A stretch of DNA of 64,000 nucleotides, taken from contig JAVZLM010000001.1 of the NCBI GenBank assembly GCA_038883775.1, positions 96,001 through 160,000 on the forward strand, given 5' to 3'. Both the position numbers and the translations under genes were made by a program. The notes under the pieces were generated by a model, which ran no database searches, was not told where the DNA came from, and was given only the letters and a program-made list of their open reading frames with translations. Below, one piece after another: positions 38,990 through 49,490 of this stretch; within the stretch, counting starts at the first letter, position 1; each line of letters starts with the position of its first letter. The stretch comes from Candidatus Bathyarchaeia archaeon. GTDB lineage: Archaea; Thermoproteota; Bathyarchaeia; Bathyarchaeales; Bathycorpusculaceae.

Positions 38990-40092
38990 TTCCTCCCTCT
39001 CTTCGCATAACTTTCCACATTGAATCCTCTAGCCTTAAGCCATTCCGCCGTCTTGCCAGTTATAACAATTGGAGTTTCCCGTAAAGCTTTAATGGAATCT
39101 GCTCCCACAAGAAACATTCCATTCTTCAACTCATCAATTAAAAGCGAAAGAACACGCAGTGTTTCTTTAACCCCTTTAGAGGCTGCTCTAAGAATTGGCT
39201 GCGACAAGCTTGTTAGGCTTCCACCTAACGCTAAGGCCTTAGCAGCATCCAGACCATTGCGAATTCCTCCAGAAGCAATTACTGGAATACTTACCGTTTG
39301 AGAAACTTCAGCAACGCTTATGGCTGTTGGAATGCCCCAGTCCCAAAACACATATCCCAATCTGCGTTGAACATAATTTTCTAATCCCATTGCACGGTAA
39401 TACTCCACAGCTGCAAAGCTTGTTCCACCAGCCCCACTGACATCAATTCCTTTCACACCTGCAGCCTCAAGTTTTTTTGCTTCTTCTGCAGCGATTCCAG
39501 CGCCAGTTTCCTTTGCGATGACTGGTTTGTCAATTTTTTCTGCAATTTCGCCGATCTTTTCAAGAATTCCCTTAAAGTTTGTTTGACCTTCTGGTTGGAT
39601 GGCCTCTTGCAGCGGGTTTAAATGTATTGCTATGGCATCCGCATCAATCATTTCTATGGCTTTTTTCACTTCTCTTAGGCCGTAGCCTTGGTTTAGCTGG
39701 ACTCCGCCGATGTTGGCAATAAGAAAGGCTTTTGGAGCCTTTTTTCTTGCTATCGCAAAGGTTTTTTCGAGTTTTTTGTCTTCTATGGCTGCTCGTTGGC
39801 TTCCAACACCCATCCCTAACCCTAACTCTTCCACCGCTTCTGCTATTGCAGCGTTAATTTTTGTTGCTTCCGCGGTTCCGCCTGTTATTGCGCCTACTAT
39901 TATTGGTGCGGCAAACTTGTGGTTGAAAACCGTTGTGGACAAGTCTATTTTTTCTTTGTCAATTTCTGGCAAAGCCCTATGAATAAAATGGATGTCTTCG
40001 AAGCCTGTTGTGGTTTTTCTTGTTTGAACATGCTGGTTTAAGGCGATTTTAATGTGCTCTGCTTTCCGTTTTATTGTTTCCTTAGCCAACAT
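38986..40092 (-). CDS. fni: Type 2 isopentenyl-diphosphate delta-isomerase (FMN-dependent)
   Basis: RKAEHI, TGG, GVGSQR, HLNPLQE, KETGAG, GAGGTS and SGGIR. Confidence 0.95.
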   Translation of the reverse strand: MLAKETIKRKAEHIKIALNQHVQTRKTTTGFEDIHFIHRALPEIDKEKIDLSTTVFNHKFAAPIIVGAITGGTAEATKINAAIAEAVEELGLGMGVGSQRAAIEDKKLEKTFAIARKKAPKAFLIANIGGVQLNQGYGLREVKKAIEMIDADAIAIHLNPLQEAIQPEGQTNFKGILEKIGEIAEKIDKPVIAKETGAGIAAEEAKKLEAAGVKGIDVSGAGGTSFAAVEYYRAMGLENYVQRRLGYVFWDWGIPTAISVAEVSQTVSIPVIASGGIRNGLDAAKALALGGSLTSLSQPILRAASKGVKETLRVLSLLIDELKNGMFLVGADSIKALRETPIVITGKTAEWLKARGFNVESYAKRGRK

Positions 40093-40892
40093 TATTCCTT
40101 CTCTATTAAGGTGCCTTCCGCCTTTTCTCCTTTTAACGTTTTATAGATATAATTTGGTTTTGCAGCATTAACAATTGTTATTGGAATTCCCTTTTCTACG
40201 GCTGGTATAAGCTCAGTTATTTTGCCAAACATTCCACCCGTGACATCGCATGCTGTAGGTTTGCCAAGATTCGCTTGAAACTTTTTCAATTCTTCCAATG
40301 TTAAATGCTTGAATAATTTTGCTGTTTTCTTCACTTTTGGGTCAGAGTCATATAATCCGTCAACATCCACACCAATAATGATTCGGTTTGCATTAAGCCT
40401 CGTAGCAATATGAGAAACAAGCTGGTCTCCTGACAAAATTGCGAATCCCCACTCTACATCTAAGACGGCGTCGCCAAAAGTGACTGGCAAAAAGCCCATT
40501 TTTAAAAAAGCCCTTAAGGGAGCATCTTCAAAGCATTGGATTCTGCCCTGTTTCGTCATTATGCACGATGAAGGTGTTATGCTTACGGCTGGGACTTCGC
40601 GCCAAATTAGTGCGTCCATGAATAAGCCGTTAAGAACAGTCATAAAATGATGGGTTTCTGCAAAACCTATCCTTTGGCTTTCTTCTTTAAATCCAGCATT
40701 TATACCATATTTTTGGGCAGCGGGATGCCCGAAGCTTCCGCCTCCATGCACAATCACCAAGTTTTTAACGTTAGCGTCATGGATTTCTTGTGCTAAGCGG
40801 TTTATGTCTTGCATTTTCGCTGCAAGTTCTCCGCTTTTGTCTGTAATCACGGAACCGCCAATCTTCAATATTGTAGGGTTAAGCTCGCTCAA
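40092..40892 (-). CDS. ipk: Isopentenyl phosphate kinase
   Basis: LKIGGSVITDK, HGGGSFGH, SGDQ and DVTGGM. TTG start at 40892 inferred. Confidence 0.92.
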   Translation of the reverse strand: MSELNPTILKIGGSVITDKSGELAAKMQDINRLAQEIHDANVKNLVIVHGGGSFGHPAAQKYGINAGFKEESQRIGFAETHHFMTVLNGLFMDALIWREVPAVSITPSSCIMTKQGRIQCFEDAPLRAFLKMGFLPVTFGDAVLDVEWGFAILSGDQLVSHIATRLNANRIIIGVDVDGLYDSDPKVKKTAKLFKHLTLEELKKFQANLGKPTACDVTGGMFGKITELIPAVEKGIPITIVNAAKPNYIYKTLKGEKAEGTLIEKE

Positions 40893-41865
40893 TCCTTGCT
40901 CCCTCATCCGTTTTTCTTGCAATAAAAGGAGTTCCACCAGCCCTTCTGATGGCTTCTGAAACTTCTTCAAGTTTTTCATTTCTTGCTAAGGCTATCATGC
41001 ACCCGCCACCGCCTGCCCCAGTTAATTTCGCTCCTAGAGCTCCGGCTTTTCTTGCAGCATTTATTAGCCACTCTAAAGATTCATCTGACACTCCCACTCC
41101 ATAAAGGAGTGCATGGTTTATGTTCATCAACTCTCCCAAAGTTTCCAAATCCTTCTCACTAAGAGCTTCTAAAGCCCTCATTACAATTTGGCGGGCTGCC
41201 CAAGTGAGCGATTCCATTATCTGTGGATATTTTTCTCTTAACTCCCTTACTTTATCGACTTGAACACGTGTAGACCTTTCTATACCCGTGTCTCCAATGA
41301 CAAGTGGAATATCCATTTTCACCTCTAATGGTTTAAATCCGGTATCCATCTGAAACAGTAAGGCTCCACCAAAAGTGGCGATTGCCGGGTCTATCCCTGA
41401 GGGGGTGCCATGCACGATTTTTTCTGCTTCGTAAGTTATGCGAAAAACTTCTTCCTTAGAAATGTTAACATCCAACAAGTTGCTTACAGCCATGGTTACT
41501 GCGGCTACCACGGCGGCTGAAGACCCTAAGCCAGCAGCAACGGGAACAGTTGAGTTGATTTCAATGCTTAATCCAGCGGTTTCGCCGTGTTTTTCTAAAA
41601 CTTTTTCGACAGCAAGCCTAACTGGTTCAAATTTTATCCTCGCCTGTTTTGGGTCGCCCTTTTCGATTTTGAAATTTTCTCCTTCGAAGTATGCTGCAAA
41701 ATTTAGGTTTGACGAGCGTATGTAAAGGCGTTTGTCGCTGCGGTTTTCTGCTTTTGCGTAAGCTCTTTTATCTATGGCTATGACCATGGCTGGTTCGCCG
41801 TAGACAACGAAGTGTTCTCCAAAAAGTATAACTTTGGCTGGAGCTGACGCAACAACCTCCATCAT
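40879..41865 (-). CDS. mvk: Mevalonate kinase
   Basis: PAKVILFGEHFVVYG, GLGSSAA, HGTPSGID and KLTGAGGGG. Confidence 0.94.
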   Translation of the reverse strand: MMEVVASAPAKVILFGEHFVVYGEPAMVIAIDKRAYAKAENRSDKRLYIRSSNLNFAAYFEGENFKIEKGDPKQARIKFEPVRLAVEKVLEKHGETAGLSIEINSTVPVAAGLGSSAAVVAAVTMAVSNLLDVNISKEEVFRITYEAEKIVHGTPSGIDPAIATFGGALLFQMDTGFKPLEVKMDIPLVIGDTGIERSTRVQVDKVRELREKYPQIMESLTWAARQIVMRALEALSEKDLETLGELMNINHALLYGVGVSDESLEWLINAARKAGALGAKLTGAGGGGCMIALARNEKLEEVSEAIRRAGGTPFIARKTDEGARIERA

Positions 41866-41871
41866 ACACCA

Positions 41872-42723
41872 CTATTTTTTAAAGCAGACGGCAGCATACC
41901 CAACTACGCTTGAGTAGTCACCAATTATATCTCCACTGGTTTTATAACATAACACTTTTGCCTCTTTTGCACCCAAAATTTTTGCAGCTGTAATCAAAGA
42001 TGCTATTGGACCATACCCGCAAGCGCTTATGTTATGGGCTTCAACGGTTGAATAAAATTTGGCTTCATCCATGGCTTCCACAGCCTCAAGTGCCAACCTA
42101 TCCTTTTTAGCCGCCCTTTCCCGAGGCTCATAATGGGTCATATCAGAAGAAGCTATAATAACGGCATTTTTCTCAGCCAAAACTTTAGCAACGGCTTTAC
42201 CCACATCCCTTGCTGAGGATAAATCTTGCATCAAAAAACATATGGGAACAATCTTAAATTGTGAACCGTAAAGGTACTGTAAAAAGGGAAGCTGAACTTC
42301 AATGGAATGCTCTAAACGGTGAGCAGATTCATCTACGTCAACTATACGCGATTCACGCACTATCTGTTTGGCGGTTTCGCCATCCACTTCTACATCGCCT
42401 AATGGTGTGCGCCAAACTCCCTCATCCATAACAGCCAAGGCGCTGCCATAACCAGTATGGTTTGGACCAAAAACAACCACAATATCTGGCTTGCCATCCA
42501 AAGCCAACTGATAATAGGCGTGGGTCGCCACGGGACCAGAAAACATGTAGCCAGCGTGGGGACAAACCAAACCTATTATCTTTCTCGGTCCAGCCTCGGC
42601 AACTTCAGGAATTTTTCCTGGTCCAAATTCATGAAGAAAGCAGTTTTCTATTTGTCTTTTTAATGATTCAGTTGTCCCTTCATAGAAGGCTCCTGCTTGG
42701 CATGGACGCCGAATCTTCGCCAT
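41872..42723 (-). CDS. MEMO1 family protein (AmmeMemoRadiSam protein B)
   Basis: AGAFY, PHAGYMFSG, GPNH, EHSIEVQLPFLQ, SSDMTHY and CGYGP. Confidence 0.92.
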   Translation of the reverse strand: MAKIRRPCQAGAFYEGTTESLKRQIENCFLHEFGPGKIPEVAEAGPRKIIGLVCPHAGYMFSGPVATHAYYQLALDGKPDIVVVFGPNHTGYGSALAVMDEGVWRTPLGDVEVDGETAKQIVRESRIVDVDESAHRLEHSIEVQLPFLQYLYGSQFKIVPICFLMQDLSSARDVGKAVAKVLAEKNAVIIASSDMTHYEPRERAAKKDRLALEAVEAMDEAKFYSTVEAHNISACGYGPIASLITAAKILGAKEAKVLCYKTSGDIIGDYSSVVGYAAVCFKK

Positions 42724-42727
42724 TCTC

Positions 42728-43414
42728 TTAGGTTTCCTCCTCTTCCTTTGAAATCTTCGCCTCAAAATCTTCAATAGTCAAAGGCAAATCCCTGTTGGGC
42801 GGCAATTCGCCTCTTTCTCGCAATATTTGTCTCGCCAAAAGCCAATAGATAACGGCTAAGGCTCTTCTGCCCTTATTATTTGTTGGTATGACAAAATCTA
42901 CTCCAGAAAATTCGTTATCTGTACTGCATAAGGCGATTACTGGTATCCCTTCTGAGGCTGCTTCCTTAACGGCTTGGGAATCCGCTCTCGGGTCGGAAAC
43001 TATGAGCACTTCTGGTTCTATACGATTTGGATATAGTGGGTTAGATAAAAGTCCTGGAATGAACCGTCCAACCACCGGGGTTGCTCCTGTCACTTGACAG
43101 AATTTGCTGACTGGTTCTTGGGCGTAAAGGCGGGCTGCTGCTGCGGCAATTTTTGATGGCTCAAATCTCGCCAGAAACTTTGCGGCGACTCTTATGCGGT
43201 CGTCTGTTTTTTTAACGTCTAAAACGAATAAGCCGTCTGGTCTGACACGATATATAAATTGCTCCATGTCTCCAGTCTTCATTCTTGTTCCAATGTGTAT
43301 TCCTGCAGATAGCAGTGTGTCCCGCGGCAGCAAAAGTTCTTCTGTTATTTCTGCAGCTTCTTCCTCTTCAAATTTTTCCTTTTTTCCTTCTTTAATTTCT
43401 TCGTCTTCTGACAA
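42728..43414 (-). CDS. rps2: 30S ribosomal protein S2
   Basis: [21 protein letters not shown] and IPTNNKG. Confidence 0.96.
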   Translation of the reverse strand: MSEDEEIKEGKKEKFEEEEAAEITEELLLPRDTLLSAGIHIGTRMKTGDMEQFIYRVRPDGLFVLDVKKTDDRIRVAAKFLARFEPSKIAAAAARLYAQEPVSKFCQVTGATPVVGRFIPGLLSNPLYPNRIEPEVLIVSDPRADSQAVKEAASEGIPVIALCSTDNEFSGVDFVIPTNNKGRRALAVIYWLLARQILRERGELPPNRDLPLTIEDFEAKISKEEEET

Positions 43415-43417
43415 CTT

Positions 43418-44680
43418 TTATCCTCCTTTTAGAATTGGAATGCTTGCCATTTTAGCCCTATCTCCTAAAAACTCCTCTATCCTTATTAACTCATTTATTT
43501 TGGCTATACGAGTTCCTTCAACAATACCACTCTTTATTATTGGGCATCTAAAAGCCACAGCTAAATGGGCAATGTGCCAATCGCATGTGTCCCCTGAACG
43601 GTGCGACATTACTGGCGCGTATCCATTTCTTTTTGCCACCTCAATTGTATCCAAAGCGTCTGTTAGAGTACCTATCTGATTTACCTTAATTATGATGGCA
43701 TTTCCAGCACGCATTTTTATTCCACGGCTTAGCCTCTCACTGTTTGTGGCGAAGAGGTCGTCTCCGCAAATTAGGCAGTTCCGAACTTTTCGAGTTAATT
43801 CTGCAAAGCTTTCGTAGTCCTTTTCATGGAATGGGTCTTCTACGTAGGCTAAATGGTATTTCTTGATTATTTCTAAAATGAATTCTAATTGTTCGCCAGA
43901 ATCCCGTTTTTTGGCTTCTCTGGCGTATACGTAAACTTTTTGTTTTTCATCCCAAATGGAGGATGCCGCAACATCTACTCCAAAACCGCAATTAAAATCT
44001 ACTTCATTGCTGACTTCTTCGCAGGCTTTAGCCAAAATCTCAAGCGCATCTAAATTGTCTATGTTGGCAATCCATGCTCCTTCATCACTTCTTCCGCCAC
44101 CAAAAAGTTTATCCTTCTTTTTGAGGATTGCCCCAGCTTTCTTGTGGATTTTGGCGTTGGCATTTGCAGCTTTAAAGAAGGATTCAGCTCCATAAGGAAG
44201 CGCCAAAAATTCTTGAATATCTGGAGATCTTCCACTTGCGTGTTTTCCGCCGCTTATGGTGTTTCCAAGGGGATAAGGCAGTTCGTTGGCAACTTGTCCG
44301 CCTAAATATTGGAAGAGAAATAAGCCATAAGAGTTTGCGGCTGCTTCGGCATTAGCTAAAGAAATGGCGAATGCTGTGTTTCCACCTATTATTCTGAAAT
44401 CCTTTGAACCATCAATCTCGTGCAGTGTCCTATCTATTTCCTCTTGAAAATCGGCATTCAACCCAACAATTTCTGGAGCAATAACCTCTTCAACTTTCTT
44501 TAATGCTTGGTCCACTCCACCCTGCGGATAATAAACAACTTCAGCTTTTCCACGGCTTTCTCCAGCGGGGGCTGAAGCCCTTCCAAAACCAGAAGTTGTT
44601 ATGACGTCAACTTCTATTGTTTCTTCTCCTCGACTGTTGAAAATTTTTCTTGCAATTACATCCTCAATAACTGTAGACAT
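43418..44680 (-). CDS. eno: Enolase
   Basis: NSRG, GGKHA, EDPF, GDDLF, KVNQIG and SHRSG. Confidence 0.94.
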   Translation of the reverse strand: MSTVIEDVIARKIFNSRGEETIEVDVITTSGFGRASAPAGESRGKAEVVYYPQGGVDQALKKVEEVIAPEIVGLNADFQEEIDRTLHEIDGSKDFRIIGGNTAFAISLANAEAAANSYGLFLFQYLGGQVANELPYPLGNTISGGKHASGRSPDIQEFLALPYGAESFFKAANANAKIHKKAGAILKKKDKLFGGGRSDEGAWIANIDNLDALEILAKACEEVSNEVDFNCGFGVDVAASSIWDEKQKVYVYAREAKKRDSGEQLEFILEIIKKYHLAYVEDPFHEKDYESFAELTRKVRNCLICGDDLFATNSERLSRGIKMRAGNAIIIKVNQIGTLTDALDTIEVAKRNGYAPVMSHRSGDTCDWHIAHLAVAFRCPIIKSGIVEGTRIAKINELIRIEEFLGDRAKMASIPILKGG

Positions 44681-44691
44681 CAGCTTTCCTC

Positions 44692-44922
44692 TTAATAGTA
44701 GGCTTTAGCCTCTTTTCTTTTTTCAGCCTCTTCATAAAAGCGTAAAATTTCATCTATAATATCCACATGCGAAAGCAACATCCGTCTACAACAATACCGC
44801 TTAATCCCTAAACTATCCAAAACTTCTGCTGGGTTTTCTCCAGTCTTAACTCTTTTTGCAAACTCTTCCCATAAATCTCCAATTAATTTGCCGCAAGTAA
44901 AACATCTAACAGGAATAATCAT
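44692..44922 (-). CDS. rpoN: RNA polymerase subunit N (Rpo10)
   Basis: [22 protein letters not shown] at 44922. Confidence 0.96.
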   Translation of the reverse strand: MIIPVRCFTCGKLIGDLWEEFAKRVKTGENPAEVLDSLGIKRYCCRRMLLSHVDIIDEILRFYEEAEKRKEAKAYY

Positions 44923-44932
44923 TAAACTCACC

Positions 44933-45343
44933 TTATCTATAGCTTTTCTGATCCCTAGCCCGCGCTCCTGGTCCACCAAACTTTTTAGGTTCCTTCCTTC
45001 TCGGGTCTCCAACAACCATTGTTCTGTCATATTCAGTGAATATTGTGCGTAAATGAGTGCTTTTTGTCCATTTTAATAGAGCGTTGGCTATTGCCATTCT
45101 TGCAGCTTCTGCTTGTCCCATGTAGCCTCCTCCAAAAACTTTTATGTCTATGTCCAATTGTTTCCAAACCTCGTCGCCAGCTTGTATAAGGGGTTCCATG
45201 ATTTTTTCTCTGGCGATTTCAGGTTCAAAAATTTCTATTGGAGTTTTGTTTATTCGTATCCTTCCAATTCCTGGCTTGACAACGGCCCTTGCGGTGGCTG
45301 TTTTTCTTTTTCCGCTAACGACTAAAACCTTTTTTGTTGGCAT
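44933..45343 (-). CDS. rps9: 30S ribosomal protein S9
   Basis: [16 protein letters not shown] and [11 protein letters not shown]. Confidence 0.96.
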   Translation of the reverse strand: MPTKKVLVVSGKRKTATARAVVKPGIGRIRINKTPIEIFEPEIAREKIMEPLIQAGDEVWKQLDIDIKVFGGGYMGQAEAARMAIANALLKWTKSTHLRTIFTEYDRTMVVGDPRRKEPKKFGGPGARARDQKSYR

Positions 45344-45345
45344 AA

Positions 45346-45777
45346 CTATTCTACGCTCCATCCTATTTCTTTAGCGAATTCCTCAATTGTAAAGTAGGGG
45401 CATTTTAGTTTTTGAGCTTGTGCTTCTGGTAACGTTTCAGTTTTTTGGTTTTTGAGGTTTTCTGGTATTCCAATAAAAACTTTGAGTCTTTTGTACGCCT
45501 GTTTGCCCTTTGGTTGTTTGTATGGAAGCATTCCCCTAATGGTTCTTCTCACTATTCTGTCAGGTCTCCTATAATGAAATGGTCCCCTCCTTGGGTATCC
45601 GACTTCCAAGAATTCTTTTGCTTCCCTTATTTTGCTCTTTCTTTTCCCAGAAAGCACAGCCTTTTCAGCATTTACAATTATTACCTCTTCGCCGTTCAAC
45701 AGTTTTTTGGCGATTATGCTTGCCATTCTTCCAAGAATGAGTCCTTCAGCATTTATTATGGTGGCTTGTTTTTCCAT
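45346..45777 (-). CDS. rpl13: 50S ribosomal protein L13
   Basis: [15 protein letters not shown] and RLKVFIGIP. Confidence 0.96.
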   Translation of the reverse strand: MEKQATIINAEGLILGRMASIIAKKLLNGEEVIIVNAEKAVLSGKRKSKIREAKEFLEVGYPRRGPFHYRRPDRIVRRTIRGMLPYKQPKGKQAYKRLKVFIGIPENLKNQKTETLPEAQAQKLKCPYFTIEEFAKEIGWSVE

Positions 45778-45781
45778 TTTT

Positions 45782-46144
45782 TCACCCAATTATTTTGACA
45801 CCTGAGCCTTTCGGATTTTTTTTTATCAAGTCAAAGTAGGATAGGCATTTACCCTTTGCAGCTTTTATTTTCTCCTTTGCTTTTTCAGAGAAGGCGAAGG
45901 CTGCCACCGTTATTGGATGGTTTAGTTCCCCAGCGCCCAAAACCTTGCCTGGAACCGCCACCACATCGCTTTTCTGCGTGTATCTGTTTAATCGGCTTAT
46001 GTTAACTGCTATGCGTTTTCTTTTTGGTTTAGCTAATTGTTCCGCTATGTCTCGCCAAATGTTAGCTTCGTTTTCTTTACTCGTCTTCTTTAAGAAGTTG
46101 ATGAGTTCTATAAGCTGTGGGTTTGTTGCTTTAATTTTCTTCAC
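45782..46144 (-). CDS. rpl18e: 50S ribosomal protein L18e
   Basis: TNP, VPGKVLG and AFSEKAKEKI. Confidence 0.95.
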   Translation of the reverse strand: MKKIKATNPQLIELINFLKKTSKENEANIWRDIAEQLAKPKRKRIAVNISRLNRYTQKSDVVAVPGKVLGAGELNHPITVAAFAFSEKAKEKIKAAKGKCLSYFDLIKKNPKGSGVKIIG

Positions 46145-46952
46145 TTTTCTCCACCCTAATTTGTTCTTGGAATATGCTGAACTGTTTATCTAAGATTTTG
46201 ATGGCTTCGGTCAATATTCTTTCTGGCGGAAGCGCATTTGTGGATTCGAGACTGAATATAAATGTGTCTTTTTCTTGGTCCACTTTTATTGCTGGCGGAT
46301 TTTGCGGGCAAACTTCGGCACAGTCTTGGCAGAGGGTGCAAGCCATCAAGTTTCGAACTTCTATCCTGCTTTCAGTTTTTGCTAAAACTTTTCTTGGACA
46401 GATTTCCACACATTTTCCGCAAGCATCACATTGCTTACTAATTTCTATTTTTGGAAAATACTTGTATGTGCACATGGAGACGGGTTGCCATTTTGCATGG
46501 TTCTTTCCCTTTCCAAGCCTAGCATATGCCTCAAGCCTTAATTTTTGGCCTTTCGCCAATTTTATGATTGGGATTTGGTCGCTTACGGGCACTATTTCTG
46601 GATTTTCAGATTTTAATTCGCCAGAATAAACAGTTCTAGTTCCCTCTTTTGCTTCCACATCCAATGTGAGCGTGACCCTGCAAAGGTTACATCCGAATTC
46701 ACTTTTGCATGGGCACTCTTCTGGTAAATTGTAACTATCCAAATCAGTTTTCAGTGGTATAAGCCCGAGTCTGTGAGCTATAATCTCGTCTTGCAATATG
46801 GAAGAGTTCTCAATCATTACAACCTCATCTATAGCCATGCATGGAACTTCTGAGATTATCGTCCTTCTTAAGGCATTCATAAACGGAACGTCAACTCCCT
46901 TAATGAGTAAACGCAAATTTTTCTCGTCTTTCTCAAGCACTTCTACTTCCAC
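46131..46952 (-). CDS. rpoD: RNA polymerase subunit D (Rpo3) with ferredoxin-like domain
   Basis: NALRR, AHRLGLIP, HAKWQP and two CxxCxxCxxxCP motifs. GTG start with upstream GGAG. Confidence 0.95.
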   Translation of the reverse strand: MEVEVLEKDEKNLRLLIKGVDVPFMNALRRTIISEVPCMAIDEVVMIENSSILQDEIIAHRLGLIPLKTDLDSYNLPEECPCKSEFGCNLCRVTLTLDVEAKEGTRTVYSGELKSENPEIVPVSDQIPIIKLAKGQKLRLEAYARLGKGKNHAKWQPVSMCTYKYFPKIEISKQCDACGKCVEICPRKVLAKTESRIEVRNLMACTLCQDCAEVCPQNPPAIKVDQEKDTFIFSLESTNALPPERILTEAIKILDKQFSIFQEQIRVEKSEEN

Positions 46953-47055
46953 TATTTTAACACTCCAAACTATTTTTGTGATAAGTGTCGTGCCGTTCAA
47001 TAGAATATTAGTGCATTATTTCAATTTTTCCCCAGCAAAAGAACAATAGACTTTG

Positions 47056-47460
47056 TTAGACTCGTCTACCCCTTCTGCCACCTGGTCTCCGTGTGCCATC
47101 ATGTGGGATAGGTGTAACTTCCTCGATTCGCCCTATACGAAAACCAGCCCTTGCTAAAGCTCTTATAGCTGCTTGAGCACCCGGTCCAGGAGTTCTTGGA
47201 CCTGAACCTCCAGGGGCTCTAACTTTTATGTGTATGGCTGTTATTCCCTTGTCTTTGGCTACTTCTGCTGCGGCTGAAGCTGCCCGCATGGCTGCGTATG
47301 GGGAGGACTCCATTCTGTCTGCTTTTACAAACATTCCGCCGGAGGTTCTAGCGATGGTTTCCGCGCCTGAAATGTCTGTTATGTGCACTAATGTGTTGTT
47401 GTAGGAGCTGTATATGTGGACCACAGCCCATCTATCTGTTTTTTTGGCAGCGCTACTCAA
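47056..47460 (-). CDS. rps11: 30S ribosomal protein S11
   Basis: [19 protein letters not shown] and [14 protein letters not shown]. Confidence 0.97.
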   Translation of the reverse strand: MSSAAKKTDRWAVVHIYSSYNNTLVHITDISGAETIARTSGGMFVKADRMESSPYAAMRAASAAAEVAKDKGITAIHIKVRAPGGSGPRTPGPGAQAAIRALARAGFRIGRIEEVTPIPHDGTRRPGGRRGRRV

Positions 47461-47462
47461 TT

Positions 47463-48026
47463 TTATTTCTCCTCTTGTGTTTCAGATTTTGTTCCAGTTG
47501 TGGCTGCCACAGCGATTGTTTGGCGTATTGGATGGTTTGGATTTGCAATGGGGCTTTTTGGTGTATAAGCTATTTGGTTTTCTTCTTCTCTTGTCACCAT
47601 GTACCCGGGCACGGTGACTCTTTGTTTTCCTATGGATATGTGTCCATGGGTTATGAGTTGGCGGGCTTGATGTATGGTTTTTGCGAGTCCTTTTCTGAAA
47701 ACTATTGTTTGTAGCCTGCGTTCAAGAATGTCTTCTACTGTCAAGTCTAAAACGTCGTCTAATACTGCTGTTTCTGGGAGGATGCCAAGTCTTTTGAGGC
47801 GGGTTAGGAGTTCTTTTTCCATTTTTCCACGTTCTTCTGGCGCTTTGCCTATGAGGGAGCGGGCTATTCCTCTAAACTTTGAAAGCATTGTTTCATGGCG
47901 CCACAATTCATGCTTGTTTCTTAAGCCGTATTGACCCAAAAGTTTTAGTTCTTCCTGGAGAACGTCGGTTCTCCATGGAAAACGTGGTTTCTCATACTTT
48001 TTCCTTTGCTTTTTCGGGTCTCCCAC
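47463..48026 (-). CDS. rps4: 30S ribosomal protein S4
   Basis: [21 protein letters not shown] and ARQLITHGH. Confidence 0.97.
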   Translation of the reverse strand: MGDPKKQRKKYEKPRFPWRTDVLQEELKLLGQYGLRNKHELWRHETMLSKFRGIARSLIGKAPEERGKMEKELLTRLKRLGILPETAVLDDVLDLTVEDILERRLQTIVFRKGLAKTIHQARQLITHGHISIGKQRVTVPGYMVTREEENQIAYTPKSPIANPNHPIRQTIAVAATTGTKSETQEEK

Positions 48027-48027
48027 G

Positions 48028-48504
48028 CTATTTACCTTCCTTTCTTACAGCTTCCTTCTTCTTAACGCCCAAGGCTTTTCCAGTTCTTCCTGTGGTTCTG
48101 GTTCTTTGTCCGCGCACCTTTAATCCATAGGAGTGGCGGTATCCCCGCCATGATTTGAGTTCCTTCATTTGTTCTATGTCCATTTTTGTTCTTAGGACGA
48201 GGTCTGCGCTGATGAGGTGCATGTCCTTTCCAGTTTCCAAATCCTTTCTCCTGTTTAAGAGCCAGTTTGGCAATCCAAACCTTGTTGGTTCGTTAATAAT
48301 CTCCTCTATCCTTTCAACTTCTGCTTCTGTTAAAAATCCCGCCCTTATGTCAGGGTTTATTCCCGCCTTTTTTAATATGGCGTTGGCGAGGTTTAGGCTT
48401 ATTCCCTTAATTTTTCTTAAAGCGTAAGGCGCCTTTAGAGTGCCATCTACATCGGTGTCGATTATTCTTAGTATGTGGCGGAATTCCCCTGACATTTGCG
48501 TCAT
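48028..48504 (-). CDS. rps13: 30S ribosomal protein S13
   Basis: WLLNRRKD and RGYRH..GLKVRGQRTRTTGR. Confidence 0.97.
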   Translation of the reverse strand: MTQMSGEFRHILRIIDTDVDGTLKAPYALRKIKGISLNLANAILKKAGINPDIRAGFLTEAEVERIEEIINEPTRFGLPNWLLNRRKDLETGKDMHLISADLVLRTKMDIEQMKELKSWRGYRHSYGLKVRGQRTRTTGRTGKALGVKKKEAVRKEGK

Positions 48505-48574
48505 CCATTATTATACTTAGGCTAACTACGAAATAAGCCATAATTTATTTAAACCTTACTAGTCCAGTAACCAA

Positions 48575-48850
48575 TTATATTCTCCTCTCATAAACTACTT
48601 CTGTGGTATCTGACAGTTCAAAACCTAATTTTTCTAATGTGGTCGTTATGGGTTTATAGTTGCATGCGAATCCATAAATCCTTTTGTTTTTCGCACATAA
48701 CAGATACTTCCATCCATTCCGAGTTTCTACTTTTCTCTTTTATCTGATTCTGTTACGAGTCTTGCAACTTTTGCGCCTTTCTTTTTGGCGTTTCGCAAAA
48801 TTTAAAAGTCGTCTCACTGTCGGAGTCTCTGTCTCTTCTTACATAAATTT
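48575..48850 (-). pseudogene. Possible degraded GNAT acetyltransferase remnant
   Basis: Fragments in different frames: RLLNFAK, KGAKVARLVTESD and LEKLGFELSDTTEVVYERRI*. Confidence 0.3.
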
Positions 48851-48966
48851 TTGCTTTTACGGTTTGATTTTGCATGCCGTTATTAAAAATTGCAGGGAGA
48901 ATAAAAGATTTTGCGTTAAAGTTAAGAACTTAACTCAATTTTGTTTCTATTTAAGGAGATATGCGC

Positions 48967-49167
48967 ATGCCAGTTGTTCATGTGAACGTTTGGGAAGGAT
49001 TCGGTAAAGAAAAAGCGAAAACTCTAATACGAAACATAACAAAGGTCTTTGAAGACTTAGGTATACCGAGGCAAGCTGTGGAAGTTTTAGTGTATGAAAT
49101 TCCAAAATCTCATTGGGGAATTGGCGGAGAAGCAGCCTCAGAAAAATTTCCAGAAAAACAAAAATAA
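48967..49167 (+). CDS. 4-oxalocrotonate tautomerase family protein
   Basis: M-P-VVHV start (catalytic Pro1) and C-terminal HWGIGG. Confidence 0.88.
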   Translation: MPVVHVNVWEGFGKEKAKTLIRNITKVFEDLGIPRQAVEVLVYEIPKSHWGIGGEAASEKFPEKQK

Positions 49168-49275
49168 CCGCTAATGAAAGCCAATAATCTCCCAAATTTT
49201 TATGAAAAGTGAATAGCTTAAATCATATAAAAAATAAACCGATGTTTCTCCTGAAACACTTTAGTTTATAATAAG

Positions 49276-49350
49276 TGGACCGGGGGGGATTTGAACCCCC
49301 GACCTCCTGAGTGCAAGTCAGGCGTTCATACCAAACTGAACTACCGGCCC
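49276..49350 (-). tRNA. tRNA-Ala(TGC)
   Basis: Acceptor GGGCCGG/CCGGTCC with G3:U70. Anticodon arm CCTGA-CTTGCAC-TCAGG. T-loop TTCAAAT. Confidence 0.95.
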
Positions 49351-49490
49351 ACAAATTTTCACTAATGGAGCCATTATTTAGGAGTTTTGGGTCAAAATAG
49401 CATGACCCATTTAGATCGAAATTACGTGCTTGTTCATTAAATGAGATGGAAGTTGAAAATGTCTTGTAAAGTCTTATATGCATGGGATCA

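Noticed and set aside
36138-48504. Linkage of mevalonate/isoprenoid genes and MEMO1 to the ribosomal/RNAP operon
   Set aside because: A well-known conserved archaeal gene neighbourhood.
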